Assembly (NCBI GenBank): GCA_963702845.1
Contig: OY969763.1
Location: 3,392,001-3,456,000 of the forward strand
Length of the DNA stretch: 64,000 bases
Source: an uncultured Verrucomicrobiae bacterium
Lineage (GTDB): Bacteria; Verrucomicrobiota; Verrucomicrobiia; Limisphaerales; Palsa-1400
Direction of reading: 5' to 3'
Positions within the stretch are counted from its first letter, which is position 1. Each line of letters begins with the position of its first letter. Below, piece by piece: positions 1-12,865 of the stretch. The notes below the pieces were generated by a model. It was not told the DNA's origin. It saw only the letters and a list, made by a program, of their open reading frames with translations, and searched no databases. The position numbers were made by a program, and so were the translations under genes.

Positions 1-75
1 GCCAATGAAGAAGAGGATCAACACCACAGAGAGCGTCGCCGCAAACGAACCGAAAAATAGTTTTGTCTTCACCAT
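1..75 (-). CDS. 5' end of a gene running off the window; hydrophobic N-terminus (MVKTKLFFGSFAATLSVVLILFFIG...)
   Basis: ATG at 75-73; open frame to the window edge; signal/TM-like sequence. Confidence 0.5.
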   Translation of the reverse strand, partial: MVKTKLFFGSFAATLSVVLILFFIG

Positions 76-353
76 GCGTTTTACCACGATTCCCTGGCAG
101 CGTGATTCAACCAAGCTGTTTCACAAACCCAGTTGACCATTGATCGGGATGTTTGAGAAGCGATAATTGGTCGCCACCCGGTGCTCCCCACAATGCACGC
201 GAGAGGTCCTGCGCTTGAATTGAAAAGCTGATAAATACAGTCGTTAAAAGAAGCCACAGTTTGGTTGCCAGCGACAAGGGGCGAGGATAGGGCGTGAAGG
301 GGCGAGGAGGCAATCACAGACAGATTGTTAACTCCTTCGTCGCGTCCCGCAGG

Positions 354-453
354 GCGGGACAAAGTGAAACTTCGTTTTGGGCGTTTTACCCAGGGAAGCA
401 CCCCCGCTGCCCTCTGCATCCCTGGGCTAAGTGACTAAACCCACTTTGGGGTT
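354..453. repeat. ~100-bp REP-like palindromic interspersed element, copy 1
   Basis: Aligns with the reverse complement of 54374-54470 (GCGGGAC..AAGTGAAACTTCGTTT..TTTTACCCAGGG...CTGGGC..GTGACT.AACCC.CTTTGGGGTT); internal CCCAGGG/CCCTGGG inverted repeat. Confidence 0.75.
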
Positions 454-499
454 TAACTACACGCAGAAGGCGAAGCGGCGAATGAGGGCTGCATGGACT

Positions 500-522
500 C
501 ACACGGACTTTCACGGACAGAG
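500..522 (+). repeat. Short direct repeat CACACGGACTTTCACGG(A/G)CAGAG, copy 1
   Basis: 22/23 identical to 5581-5603. Confidence 0.7.
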
Positions 523-574
523 CGGAATGTCCGACTCACGACGAACGTCGCCCTCGCTATTTTGCGGGGTCGGT

Positions 575-1336
575 TCAATCCGCGCTCCATTGGTAATCGT
601 AGCCAACCGGAGGGTCGTAATCGGCAGCATTTCGGACGTATGCGATTCCTCCAGATTCGATGCGGTTGGAGTTCCAATAAATTTTTACGTAGTTCACGTG
701 GCCGTCCACGAAACTCATCATGTTTTTTGCGTCGTTGAAAACCGCGTTTTCCACTGCCAAAGGCTTTTTGGACTCGTGCCAGGACCAGGGAAAAAGCGAT
801 GAGAGCTCCGCAATCAGAACGGTCTTCGCAGGTTCCCGAACGGAACTGACCTTTTTTCCGGCAAGGCCAGGTGTGTTGATTGCGAGGATCGGGTTAGTCG
901 TTCCTGCGTTGAACCCGTAACTGGAATAATCGGAAAACGACTCGTCACGAAATCCGCGCTGGATGTAGCCGTCTCCGCCAAGCCTCAAGTCGTAGTAAAA
1001 CAGATCCGCCGGACAGCCAAACACCCGATCCTTCGACGATGATGCTGCCTTTAAACCGAGGTTGGTCTTGATGAGTTTTCTAAAACCAGTGAACGCAACC
1101 ATGTTCTGCAGCGATGGCGACTTATTAGTGGCGGGGGTGCTGGGCGACCAATCACTAAAATCGTCGGTATACATTCGTAATCCGCGATTCACTTCGCGCA
1201 GGTTATTCATGCACACCGTTCGCATTCCCTTTGCTTTTGCGCTGTTGAGCGCTGGTAATATTAAAGCCGCCAGAATCGCAATCACCGCTAAAACCACCAA
1301 CAACTCAGTGAGCGTAAATGCACGTTTCAAATTCAA
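575..1336 (-). CDS. Prepilin-type N-terminal cleavage/methylation protein (DUF1559/H-X9-DG-like)
   Basis: AFTLTELLVVLAVIAILAA type IV pilin-like N-terminus; CMNNLR, F.CPAD, N..FVDGHV motifs; TTG start overlaps the upstream TGA. Confidence 0.9.
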   Translation of the reverse strand: MNLKRAFTLTELLVVLAVIAILAALILPALNSAKAKGMRTVCMNNLREVNRGLRMYTDDFSDWSPSTPATNKSPSLQNMVAFTGFRKLIKTNLGLKAASSSKDRVFGCPADLFYYDLRLGGDGYIQRGFRDESFSDYSSYGFNAGTTNPILAINTPGLAGKKVSSVREPAKTVLIAELSSLFPWSWHESKKPLAVENAVFNDAKNMMSFVDGHVNYVKIYWNSNRIESGGIAYVRNAADYDPPVGYDYQWSAD

Positions 1337-2760
1337 TTGAGCGTCGTAAATTTCTGCCGTATCAATTCGACAGTGTTCGTCGTCTTTCGCTCCAGGCTCA
1401 CCAGTTCAAGACGCACTGTCGTTCCGGCCTTTCCACGGATGAGGCCAAGGCACTCCGTCATGCTTTTGCCCGAGGTCGGAACATCATTCACCTTTTGCAC
1501 CACGAGGCCAACCGACAAACCGGCTTGAGTCGCGGGAGAGTTCGGAAAAACTTTTGTAATCTTGAGCGCATGAGTTGGCCCATCAAAATTAAGTTCTGCT
1601 CCGATGCCGACAATTTCGGCCTGGTTGCCCGCCAGCAAAACCGCCGCGATTTGCGGCGTCAATCGCGTTCCTTCCAACAGAAGCCATCCGATCGAGTCAG
1701 CTTGCAGTCCGCCGGCGGTTTGTTGATTGAACAACACAACGACGCCCCGGTGTTTCTCTCGGTCAAAACCGACGAAGGCATTGTAGCCGACCGTTTGACC
1801 ACCGTGTCCCAGCGGTTTCGTTCCATCGTCCATTCCATGATCATACCAATCCATGGCTGTGGTGCGGTGCTTTGGTGGGGCACTATGACGAGGCCTCTGT
1901 GTTTTTTCCATTAGCGGTGTGAGGCTGGACTGCGTCAGACCAACGTTGGCATTGACGTATTTCAGCAGATCATTCGCGGTCGAACGCAAAGCGCTTGCAC
2001 CGGACATTGCGAGAAAATCCTGATTCGCCAGGGGATGGCCGGAGCGATCGTGGCCTTTCGCGACACGGGACTTCAGTTCATCCGTGAGTGTGATGCGCGT
2101 GCTGTCCATTTTCAGCGGCCGACAAATCCGTTCGACCACCAGCGACTCATAATCGGCCTTCGCTTTCAGCCTGATAACATGCGCCAGCAAGGCCATCCCC
2201 ACGTTGGAATACTCCCATTTGGCACCAGGATCGCGAGTGAGAGTGTAACCCGACAGAAAGGCATACAGTCTTTCGACCGTATAGCTGGAATAAGCCTTGT
2301 TCCCGTCTCCCTGCGAAAAATTGTTCGGGAATTCCGGGAGGCCGGAAGTGTGCGCGGCCAGTTCAAGCAGGGTAATTTCTTTTCCGTTGTGGATCGGCAT
2401 CGTGACCGACCGGGGCAGATACTTTGAAATCGGATCATCCAACTTCATCTCTCCACGCTCGACCATGTCTTGTAGTAACAATGCGGTGAACGTCTTTGTA
2501 ACCGAGCCGATTTCGAAAACGGTGTCGCCATCGATTTTCCTTCCCGTGCCGTTGTCTAAACCGCCAGCGCTGAAAGTCCTGCTGCCACGCTCGTCCACCA
2601 AGCCAACGACCATGCCGACGCTCTTGCCATCAAAGTTATCATGGAGGAAGGCTTTGATCGCAGTGTCGTCATTGAAGCCGTCCTGGGCTGCACGCGCAAA
2701 TTGACCAGCCAATAAAAAAAGCGCAGCGAAGCAGGAATATTTAACGATTATAACCTTCAT
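1333..2760 (-). CDS. Secreted serine hydrolase (class C beta-lactamase/D-alanyl peptidase fold) with C-terminal PDZ domain
   Basis: Signal peptide from MKVIIVK; SVTK (SxxK), YSN and HGG motifs; C-terminal GIGAEL...VFPNSPATQAGL PDZ signature. Confidence 0.88.
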   Translation of the reverse strand: MKVIIVKYSCFAALFLLAGQFARAAQDGFNDDTAIKAFLHDNFDGKSVGMVVGLVDERGSRTFSAGGLDNGTGRKIDGDTVFEIGSVTKTFTALLLQDMVERGEMKLDDPISKYLPRSVTMPIHNGKEITLLELAAHTSGLPEFPNNFSQGDGNKAYSSYTVERLYAFLSGYTLTRDPGAKWEYSNVGMALLAHVIRLKAKADYESLVVERICRPLKMDSTRITLTDELKSRVAKGHDRSGHPLANQDFLAMSGASALRSTANDLLKYVNANVGLTQSSLTPLMEKTQRPRHSAPPKHRTTAMDWYDHGMDDGTKPLGHGGQTVGYNAFVGFDREKHRGVVVLFNQQTAGGLQADSIGWLLLEGTRLTPQIAAVLLAGNQAEIVGIGAELNFDGPTHALKITKVFPNSPATQAGLSVGLVVQKVNDVPTSGKSMTECLGLIRGKAGTTVRLELVSLERKTTNTVELIRQKFTTLN

Positions 2761-2762
2761 AA

Positions 2763-3487
2763 TTAATCTCCGCTCCATTGGTAGTCGTATCCAGGAGGCG
2801 GATCGAATGCCAACGTCGGAGAATAAGTCATTTCCCAATACATTTCGATATAGCTCACATGGCCGTCCGCAAAACTAACCATGTTCTTCGCATCCTTAAA
2901 AAGCACCGATCCATTTTTTCCAAGTGGTTTCGGATTGTGCCACGACCAGGGATAAAATGCCGGCATTTCCGCAACGAGCACGGTTTTGGTTGGATGCCTT
3001 ATCGAACTGAGTTTTCGTCCGGCCAGTCCGGGGCTATTAGTGCCAAAGACCGTCAACGTTCCAGAGTTGAACCAATAACTTGAATAATCATTGGTAGCCT
3101 GATCGTGAAAGCTCTTAGCTACGTAAGTGTAATTCGTTTGGGTGAACTCGTAATAGAACGCGTCTGCCGGACAGGCGAATAATTTGTCGCGTGCCGACGA
3201 TTGCCCGTTAAGCCCGACATAACTCTTCATCAATTTTTTGTAACCTGCGAAGTCGATCAGATACGAATTACTCGTTTGCAGACTGGTTGGCGGGGTATCG
3301 GAATGATCATCGGAATACATCCGCAATCCCAAATTGATTTGGCGCAAGTTATTCATGCACGCCATCCGCCTTGCTTATCTTTTGCGCGGCTCAACGTCAC
3401 AAACAACAACGCGGCGAGAATCGCAACGATGGCAATTGCCACGAACAATTCGACCAAGGTGAATGCTGATTTCTGGTTGGCGTTCAA
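2763..3487 (-). CDS. Prepilin-type N-terminal cleavage/methylation protein (H-X9-DG-like), one frameshift near 3374
   Basis: Upstream frame gives AFTLVELFVAIAIVAILAALL..RAKDK; adding one base joins it to ORF 2763..3365 (ARRMACMNNLRQ...FADGHV). Confidence 0.8.
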
Positions 3488-4245
3488 TCTCCGCACCATT
3501 TGTAGTCATAACCCGCCGGCGGATCATAGTGCCATGCTTCCTCGTGACCAACCCACACATTTTTTGTGTCGAGATACATTTTGATGTAGCTGACGTGTCC
3601 GTCGACAAAGCTAACAACATCCTGCGCGTTGTTGAAGTGACAGACGTTGATGGAATCGTCGCGGATATGCGGGTCGTGCCAGGAGTAAGGCCAAAACGCG
3701 GCGGCCTCGGCCAGCAGAATGGTTTTGCTCGGCTCTTTTATGCTCGTGAGACGCCGCCCCGCGATGCCTTGGAAATTGGTGTTGTAGTTTCCCGCGTTGA
3801 ACGCGTAGCTCGAATAGTCATTCCGCGCGCGCGAATGTTCACCCCCGGAAGAACGTGCGCCTTCAAAGTCGGTATAGCACCAGGTGTCCGATGGGCATGC
3901 AAAAAGCGCATCATGCTCTGACGAGGCACCCCGGAGCGCGACGTAGTGCTTCATGTATTGTTTGTATGCGCCCCAAACTCGGTCTGGATTGCTCCCAGGC
4001 GGCGGCACGGACTGATTAGCGTCATCGGCATACATACGAACGCCCGCGGTGATCTGTCGCAAATTATTGATGCACGCTGCCTTTCGTCCCTTTTCCCGGG
4101 CCCGGCTCAACGGCGTCAGTATCAACGCCGCCAGAATTCCGATAATCGCGAGGACAACGAGCATCTCAATCAAGGTAAAGCCGTTGTCGGCGCCGAAGAT
4201 TACTTGCCGCTTGCTACGGCTACTTTTTGTATCGGATGCTTCCAT
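3484..4245 (-). CDS. Prepilin-type N-terminal cleavage/methylation protein (H-X9-DG-like)
   Basis: GFTLIEMLVVLAIIGILAA; CINNLRQ; FVDGHV; paralogous to the two downstream genes; start uncertain. Confidence 0.88.
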   Translation of the reverse strand: MEASDTKSSRSKRQVIFGADNGFTLIEMLVVLAIIGILAALILTPLSRAREKGRKAACINNLRQITAGVRMYADDANQSVPPPGSNPDRVWGAYKQYMKHYVALRGASSEHDALFACPSDTWCYTDFEGARSSGGEHSRARNDYSSYAFNAGNYNTNFQGIAGRRLTSIKEPSKTILLAEAAAFWPYSWHDPHIRDDSINVCHFNNAQDVVSFVDGHVSYIKMYLDTKNVWVGHEEAWHYDPPAGYDYKWCGD

Positions 4246-5350
4246 CAGCGTAGACGATGATTTTGGCGGTATCGGCGGGCACATCTTTTTGTTGAACCAA
4301 TACGACCTTGCCAAGGTCGGGGCGTTCCATCAAGCGCGCCATCTTTCCCGTCGCGCGAATCTCCCAATGCGCATCGTCAATCATAGCGCCGTTCGAGGGC
4401 AGATACTGTTGCAACTCCGCTAAAGTCGTAGGCAGTTCGTCGTTGTGAGCCGCGGCGAAGGCTCGAATAGCCGGCGACACCTCTCGCATCAAGTCCATCT
4501 GTTGCATAATCGCGGACTTCTTGCTCATTTTATCGATTAACCCGGTTGGTTGTCCGGCGCCAGAATGGCTGCTCGCTAGAAAGTTCGTCGCGGTACCCGC
4601 AGCCAATAAAGCCGCTGCGCCAATCACCAGTGTCGTTTTGATTTTAGTCCAAGCCATAATTTTCAGAGTGTTTGTGATGAGGTTTGATGTCGATGAGGCC
4701 AAAGCCGTTCCTTGTGCTGAAGCGGTAGTCACGGATGTCGCGAGGCCAGTTGGCGCAGCTTGAGTGCCTTGCGCCGTCATTATTCCACCCAAAACCGAGG
4801 CGGTGAGAGTCACGCCTCGTTTCGCGAACGACTTCCGCAACTTCTCCAACGCCCGGTTCACCCGCATCTGCGCCGCTTCCTCCGTTGCTCCTAAAATGGT
4901 GGCCACTTCTTTGTAAGCTTTGCCCTCGAGAAATTTGAGCACGATGGCGTTGCGATCTTTTTCACCCAGATCGGCAATGACATCGTTTAACACTGGCTCG
5001 ATTTGCTGCCACATATCCGGGGTGTGGTCTGGGGAATTGGATTGCATGAAAACCTCCTGTTCGCGACGGATCCGGCGCATTTCCGTTCGCGAATAATTGG
5101 CAGCCGTCAGCCGTGCGGTGCGAAACAACCAGCCAGAAAGAATTGTTTCCGAGCCGAGCGATTGCGCCTTGCGCGTCAGGATGACAAACACCGCCTGGGT
5201 GATTTCCTCGGCCTGATGATGATTTCTTACGGCTCGCAGAGCTGTTGAATAGACGAGGTTGATATGACGCGACACGAGCGTGGCGAACGCTGCTTCGGAA
5301 TTGTCCAAGGCATATTTGCGCAACAACTCGATGTCATCCAATTCTCCCAT
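4220..5350 (-). CDS. ECF-type sigma-70 factor with C-terminal TM segment and extension
   Basis: DIELLRKY..SEAAFATLVSRH region 2, AEEITQAVFVIL, WLFRTA, region 4 HTH (YKEVATILG..EEAAQMRVNRALEKLR), then hydrophobic LVIGAAALLAAG. Confidence 0.9.
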   Translation of the reverse strand: MGELDDIELLRKYALDNSEAAFATLVSRHINLVYSTALRAVRNHHQAEEITQAVFVILTRKAQSLGSETILSGWLFRTARLTAANYSRTEMRRIRREQEVFMQSNSPDHTPDMWQQIEPVLNDVIADLGEKDRNAIVLKFLEGKAYKEVATILGATEEAAQMRVNRALEKLRKSFAKRGVTLTASVLGGIMTAQGTQAAPTGLATSVTTASAQGTALASSTSNLITNTLKIMAWTKIKTTLVIGAAALLAAGTATNFLASSHSGAGQPTGLIDKMSKKSAIMQQMDLMREVSPAIRAFAAAHNDELPTTLAELQQYLPSNGAMIDDAHWEIRATGKMARLMERPDLGKVVLVQQKDVPADTAKIIVYADGSIRYKK

Positions 5351-5580
5351 TCATATATTAATGTCCGCTTCCGGCGAAACCCAACAGACAAATTCAGGGC
5401 GTTTATGTCTACCCAGAGTTCCGGCGCACTTTCATAACAAGTTAAACGAGGATGGTTCGCGTGAATCAATGATCAGCAGCTTGTTTGGTTTGGGGTGTGC
5501 CTTTTTCTATAGACATGTCGCCCCTAAAGAGGGTTCGGGCACAGGACGAAACGGGGAACAAGGACTTTTTTCACGGAACC

Positions 5581-5603
5581 CACACGGACTTTCACGGGCA
5601 GAG
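5581..5603 (+). repeat. Short direct repeat CACACGGACTTTCACGG(A/G)CAGAG, copy 2
   Basis: 22/23 identical to 500-522. Confidence 0.7.
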
Positions 5604-6165
5604 AGAAGGTAGAGACTTGCACGACGGAACAAATTATTTTGACCCACGCTCGCGCGAGCTCCTCGTCTCCTACGATAGTTGACGGAGGACGTGGCGCGAT
5701 CATCCCTACCTTATCCTTACGGAAGCGCGCTGGAAGGTTTGGACACTTGAGGTATCGAATAAATACAAAAAAAACCGGCCTAGGTGGTCAGGAGATGACC
5801 AAAAAGGCCGGGGAATTTTCGAATTTAGTACAATTAGTAGGATTAGGGGTTTCCCAATACTGGCCTGTACAACACCAATACTGAAAATTTACTCGGGCAA
5901 CAAAGAACAATTCCATTATCTTTGCCCGCAAAATCTATCCCAATCCGGTTCCTACCAAACCATATATGGGCTTCTTAGTCAATAGACATCTGTATCATGA
6001 AATTTATTCAAAGATTTTTCACGTAATCTTGTGCGTTTCGTTGAATTGGCTAAACCCATACAAATCATCAGGATAACTGATGCTTCGCCTCGGAAAAGAG
6101 TTTCCGCTCGACCTACTTTACGTGCAAACACATAATCTTCCGGCCTTAGACCAGGTCAGTAAACC

Positions 6166-9543
<3,378 letters not shown>

Positions 9544-9552
9544 CGGATTCGA

Positions 9553-9589
9553 TCCGTCATCGAGTGATGGACGGATTATGTTTTTCTTT
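9553..9589 (+). terminator. Hairpin plus T-tract between glnB and glnA
   Basis: TCCGTCATC-GAGT-GATGGACGGA followed by TTATGTTTTTCTTT. Confidence 0.45.
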
Positions 9590-9639
9590 CCCTTAGTGTC
9601 CACATGTCCGCATTTTGAAAGTTGAATTCTGAATTTTTG

Positions 9640-11062
9640 ATGAAAATGATTACTCCTAAAAGTGTAATTGATAGTGCGAAGAAACAGGGTGCGAAGATGG
9701 TTGACGTGAAGTTCGTCGATACCTTCGGCACCTGGCAACACTTCACCGTCCCTATGGGCGAACTGACCGAAGAAGTCTTCGAAGAAGGTTTCGGTTTCGA
9801 CGGTTCTTCCATCCGTGGATGGAAATCGATCGAAGCGTCCGACATGCTCGCCATGCCCGACCCGACGACTGCCTTCATCGATCCTTTCTGCGCTGACCCT
9901 ACGCTGTCGCTGACCTGCACCATCGCCGAAACCGGCACCAAAGAAGCCTATAACCGCGATCCTCGCGGCATCGCGCAACGTGGTCGAGAAATATCTGCAA
10001 TCGCACCAAGATCGCCGATACCGCCGTGTTCGGTCCCGAAGCTGAGTTCTTCATTTTCGATAACGTCCAGTATGATTCCAAAGCCAACGGCACCTTCTAC
10101 TCCGTTGATTCCGAAGAAGCGATTTGGAACTCCGGCCGCGATGAAATGCCCAACCTCGGCTACAAGATCCGCTACAAGGAAGGTTACTTCCCGGTCGCGC
10201 CCGTCGGACACGCAGCAGGACATCCGCACCGAGATGTGCCTGGTGATGGAACAGCTCGGCGATCAAAATGGAACGTCAACATCACGAAGTCGCCACTGCC
10301 GGGCAGGCCGAAATCGATTTTCGTTTCGACACCCTGGTTAAGACCGCCGACACGATGATGCTTTACAAATACATCATCAAGAACGTCGCGCGTAAACACG
10401 GCAAGACAGCCACCTTCATGCCCAAGCCTTTGTTCGGAGATAACGGTTCTGGCATGCACACGCATCAATCGTTGTGGTACAAGGGCAAGCCGTTATTCGC
10501 TGGTAAAGAATATGCCGGCTTGAGCCAGATGGCGCTCTATTACATCGGCGGTATTTTGAAACACGCCAAAGCCTTGTGCGCAATCTGCAATCCGACGACG
10601 AACAGCTATAAGCGATTGGTTCCGGGCTATGAAGCGCCGGTTAACCTCGCTTACAGCGCCCGTAATCGTTCCGCAGCGATTCGTATTCCGACCTTCAGCG
10701 AAAGCCCGAAGGCCAAGCGCATTGAGTATCGTCCGCCGGATCCGGCGGCGAACCCTTACCTCGCCTACACCGCCCTGCTCATGGCAGGTCTCGATGGCGT
10801 GTTGAACAAGATTGAACCGGGCGAACCGCTGGACAAAAACATCTACGAACTGCCTCCGGAAGAACTGAAGAAGGTTCCGAATGTCCCCGGCAGCCTCGGC
10901 GAAGCGCTGGACTGTTTGGAGAAGGACAATGCATTCCTGCTCAAGGGCGACGTATTCACCGCTGACTTCCTGGAAATGTGGATAACTCACAAGCGCAAGG
11001 AACATGATGCGCTGCGTTTGCGTCCGCATCCGTATGAATTTTTCCTTTATTACGACGTATAA
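9640..11062 (+). CDS. glnA: Type I glutamine synthetase, split by about 4 single-base insertions (~9986, ~10004, ~10201, ~10261), probably sequencing error
   Basis: [62 protein letters not shown] adenylylation-site motif spread over three frames. Confidence 0.95.
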
Positions 11063-11151
11063 TTGAAGTGAACATCACAGAACCCTTGATAATCGGGCAC
11101 GAAACTGAGGTGACCTTAATGGAATGCCTGATTTTGAAGGGTTTTCTGGGT

Positions 11152-11457
11152 TGTGAATAACTCGTGAATAAGACTTTATATATTGTCCTAGTCACGGAAG
11201 CAAAAGACGCTTAAAAACTTCCCACACCCATTCGGTGACGGGCATGTGGAATTTATTCGATTGAAAACTAACTAAATGTCACCTGCCCGAGTGGAATAGA
11301 ATTTACTGTGTATCAAAGACTTACAACGAAGATAGTTTGCTTCGTCCCGAAGAATGGCGCGCATCGACAAATCAGGGTAATTAGTGTGAATTTTTCTGAA
11401 TTTTTGCGTCACTCTGCGGAAAGCCTGAAAAAGGGCGTTTTTGGTGCCGGTGAATAA
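11152..11457. promoter_or_regulatory. Cluster of DnaA-box-like 9-mers upstream of dnaA
   Basis: TGTGAATAA 11152-11160 (matches TTATNCACA), CGTGAATAA 11163, TGTGGAATT 11245, TGTGTATCA 11307, TGTGAATTT 11385, GGTGAATAA 11449, in an AT-rich spacer. Confidence 0.6.
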
Positions 11458-11473
11458 AACGGGTTAATGGGTC

Positions 11474-12862
11474 ATGGAAAGAAAACAAATGCAAGCATCC
11501 GCGGAAACAATCTGGCAGGCAGCTCAGCAAGTGCTGCGCACAACGCTGAACCCCGACATCTACAATCTTTGGTTTCATCCGCTCAAAGCAGTCATGCTCG
11601 AGACGGACACGCTCACGCTCGAAGTCGGCGACGATTTTTGTGAAGTATGGCTGAAGGACAACTACGCCGGTTTGCTGCGTGACGTGCTCTCGACCGTTTC
11701 GAGCCAGCAAATGAAGGTGAAGTTTATGGTGGCCAACGGCGCTCCGGCGTCGGTCTCGACACCGAAACCCACGGAAGAGATCAAAGCCAAAGCGAAGATT
11801 TCGATTGAAGTAGCCGAACGCAGCACCACCAAAACAACTGAAGGTTCTTTCAACCCCAAGAACACGTTCGATACGTTCGTGGTCGGCGAAAATAACAATC
11901 ATGCTCATGCGGCGGCGCAAGCCGTTGCTTCGGCGCCCGGAAAATCTTACAACCCGCTGTTCCTCCACGGAGGCGTTGGTCTAGGTAAGACTCACCTGCT
12001 CCATGCCATCGGCCAGCACGTCGCCAATCATAAGAAGGGCGCGCGCGTCATGTATTTGTCTTCGGAGAAGTTCACGAACGAATACATCGACGCCATCCAA
12101 AACAATTCAGTGGTTAAGTTCCGCCGCAAATATCGCCAGGCGGATGTGCTGTTGATCGACGACATCCAATTTCTCGCAGGCAAGGAACGTATCCAGGAAG
12201 AATTTTTCCACACGTTCAACGCCCTTCACGAAGCGCACAAACAAATCGTGCTCTCGTGCGATCGTCCGGCGAGTGAAATTCAAAATCTCGAACAGCGCCT
12301 TGTCTCGCGTTTCGAATGGGGTCTGGTTTGCGAAATGCAGGCGCCCGATCCCGAAACGCGCATGGCCATCTTGCGCAAAAAAGCCGCGGCGATGGGCGTC
12401 GAGTTGCCGGAAGACATTCTACAGTTCCTGGCGAACAGGATTCGCACGAACATTCGTCGCCTTGAGGGCGCGCTGATTCGCGTGGCTTCGTTTGCGTCAC
12501 TTACGGGCAAGAAGCTCACTCTTCAAACGGTTGAGAGTCTCCTGCGCGAAGTGCTGCACGAAGAAGGCCGGTTCGCCATCAACATCGATTCGATTCAAAA
12601 GCGCGTTGCCGAACATTTCGACATTCGTCTTGCCGACATGACAAGCAAGCGCCGCCCGGAAAACATCGCTTTTCCCCGCCAGATCGCGATGTTCCTGTCG
12701 CGCCAAATGACCGAAAGTTCGTTGAACACCATCGGCGAAGCCTTCGGTGGCCGCGATCACGGGACCGTGCTGCACGCGTGCCGTTTGGTGAAAGACCGGA
12801 TGGAAGTTGATTCGCACGTCCGCCAGGTCGTGCATTATCTGGAAAAGCAATTGATGCGCTAG
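11474..12862 (+). CDS. dnaA: Chromosomal replication initiator protein DnaA
   Basis: YNPLFLHGGVGLGKTHL Walker A, LLIDDIQF, EEFFHTFN, RLVSRFEWGL, domain IV FGGRDHGTVLHA. Confidence 0.98.
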   Translation: MERKQMQASAETIWQAAQQVLRTTLNPDIYNLWFHPLKAVMLETDTLTLEVGDDFCEVWLKDNYAGLLRDVLSTVSSQQMKVKFMVANGAPASVSTPKPTEEIKAKAKISIEVAERSTTKTTEGSFNPKNTFDTFVVGENNNHAHAAAQAVASAPGKSYNPLFLHGGVGLGKTHLLHAIGQHVANHKKGARVMYLSSEKFTNEYIDAIQNNSVVKFRRKYRQADVLLIDDIQFLAGKERIQEEFFHTFNALHEAHKQIVLSCDRPASEIQNLEQRLVSRFEWGLVCEMQAPDPETRMAILRKKAAAMGVELPEDILQFLANRIRTNIRRLEGALIRVASFASLTGKKLTLQTVESLLREVLHEEGRFAINIDSIQKRVAEHFDIRLADMTSKRRPENIAFPRQIAMFLSRQMTESSLNTIGEAFGGRDHGTVLHACRLVKDRMEVDSHVRQVVHYLEKQLMR

Positions 12863-12865
12863 GCG

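Noticed and set aside
107..313. 68-aa ORF with a signal-peptide-like stretch
   Set aside because: Too short and no recognisable domain; may be a gene remnant but unsupported
1333..2760. Beta-lactam resistance gene
   Set aside because: SxxK/YxN fold is shared by many esterases and peptidases; HGG in place of KTG and the PDZ fusion do not support a true AmpC
9980..10265. Programmed frameshifting in glnA
   Set aside because: Several non-slippery single-base insertions, with the same pattern in unrelated genes
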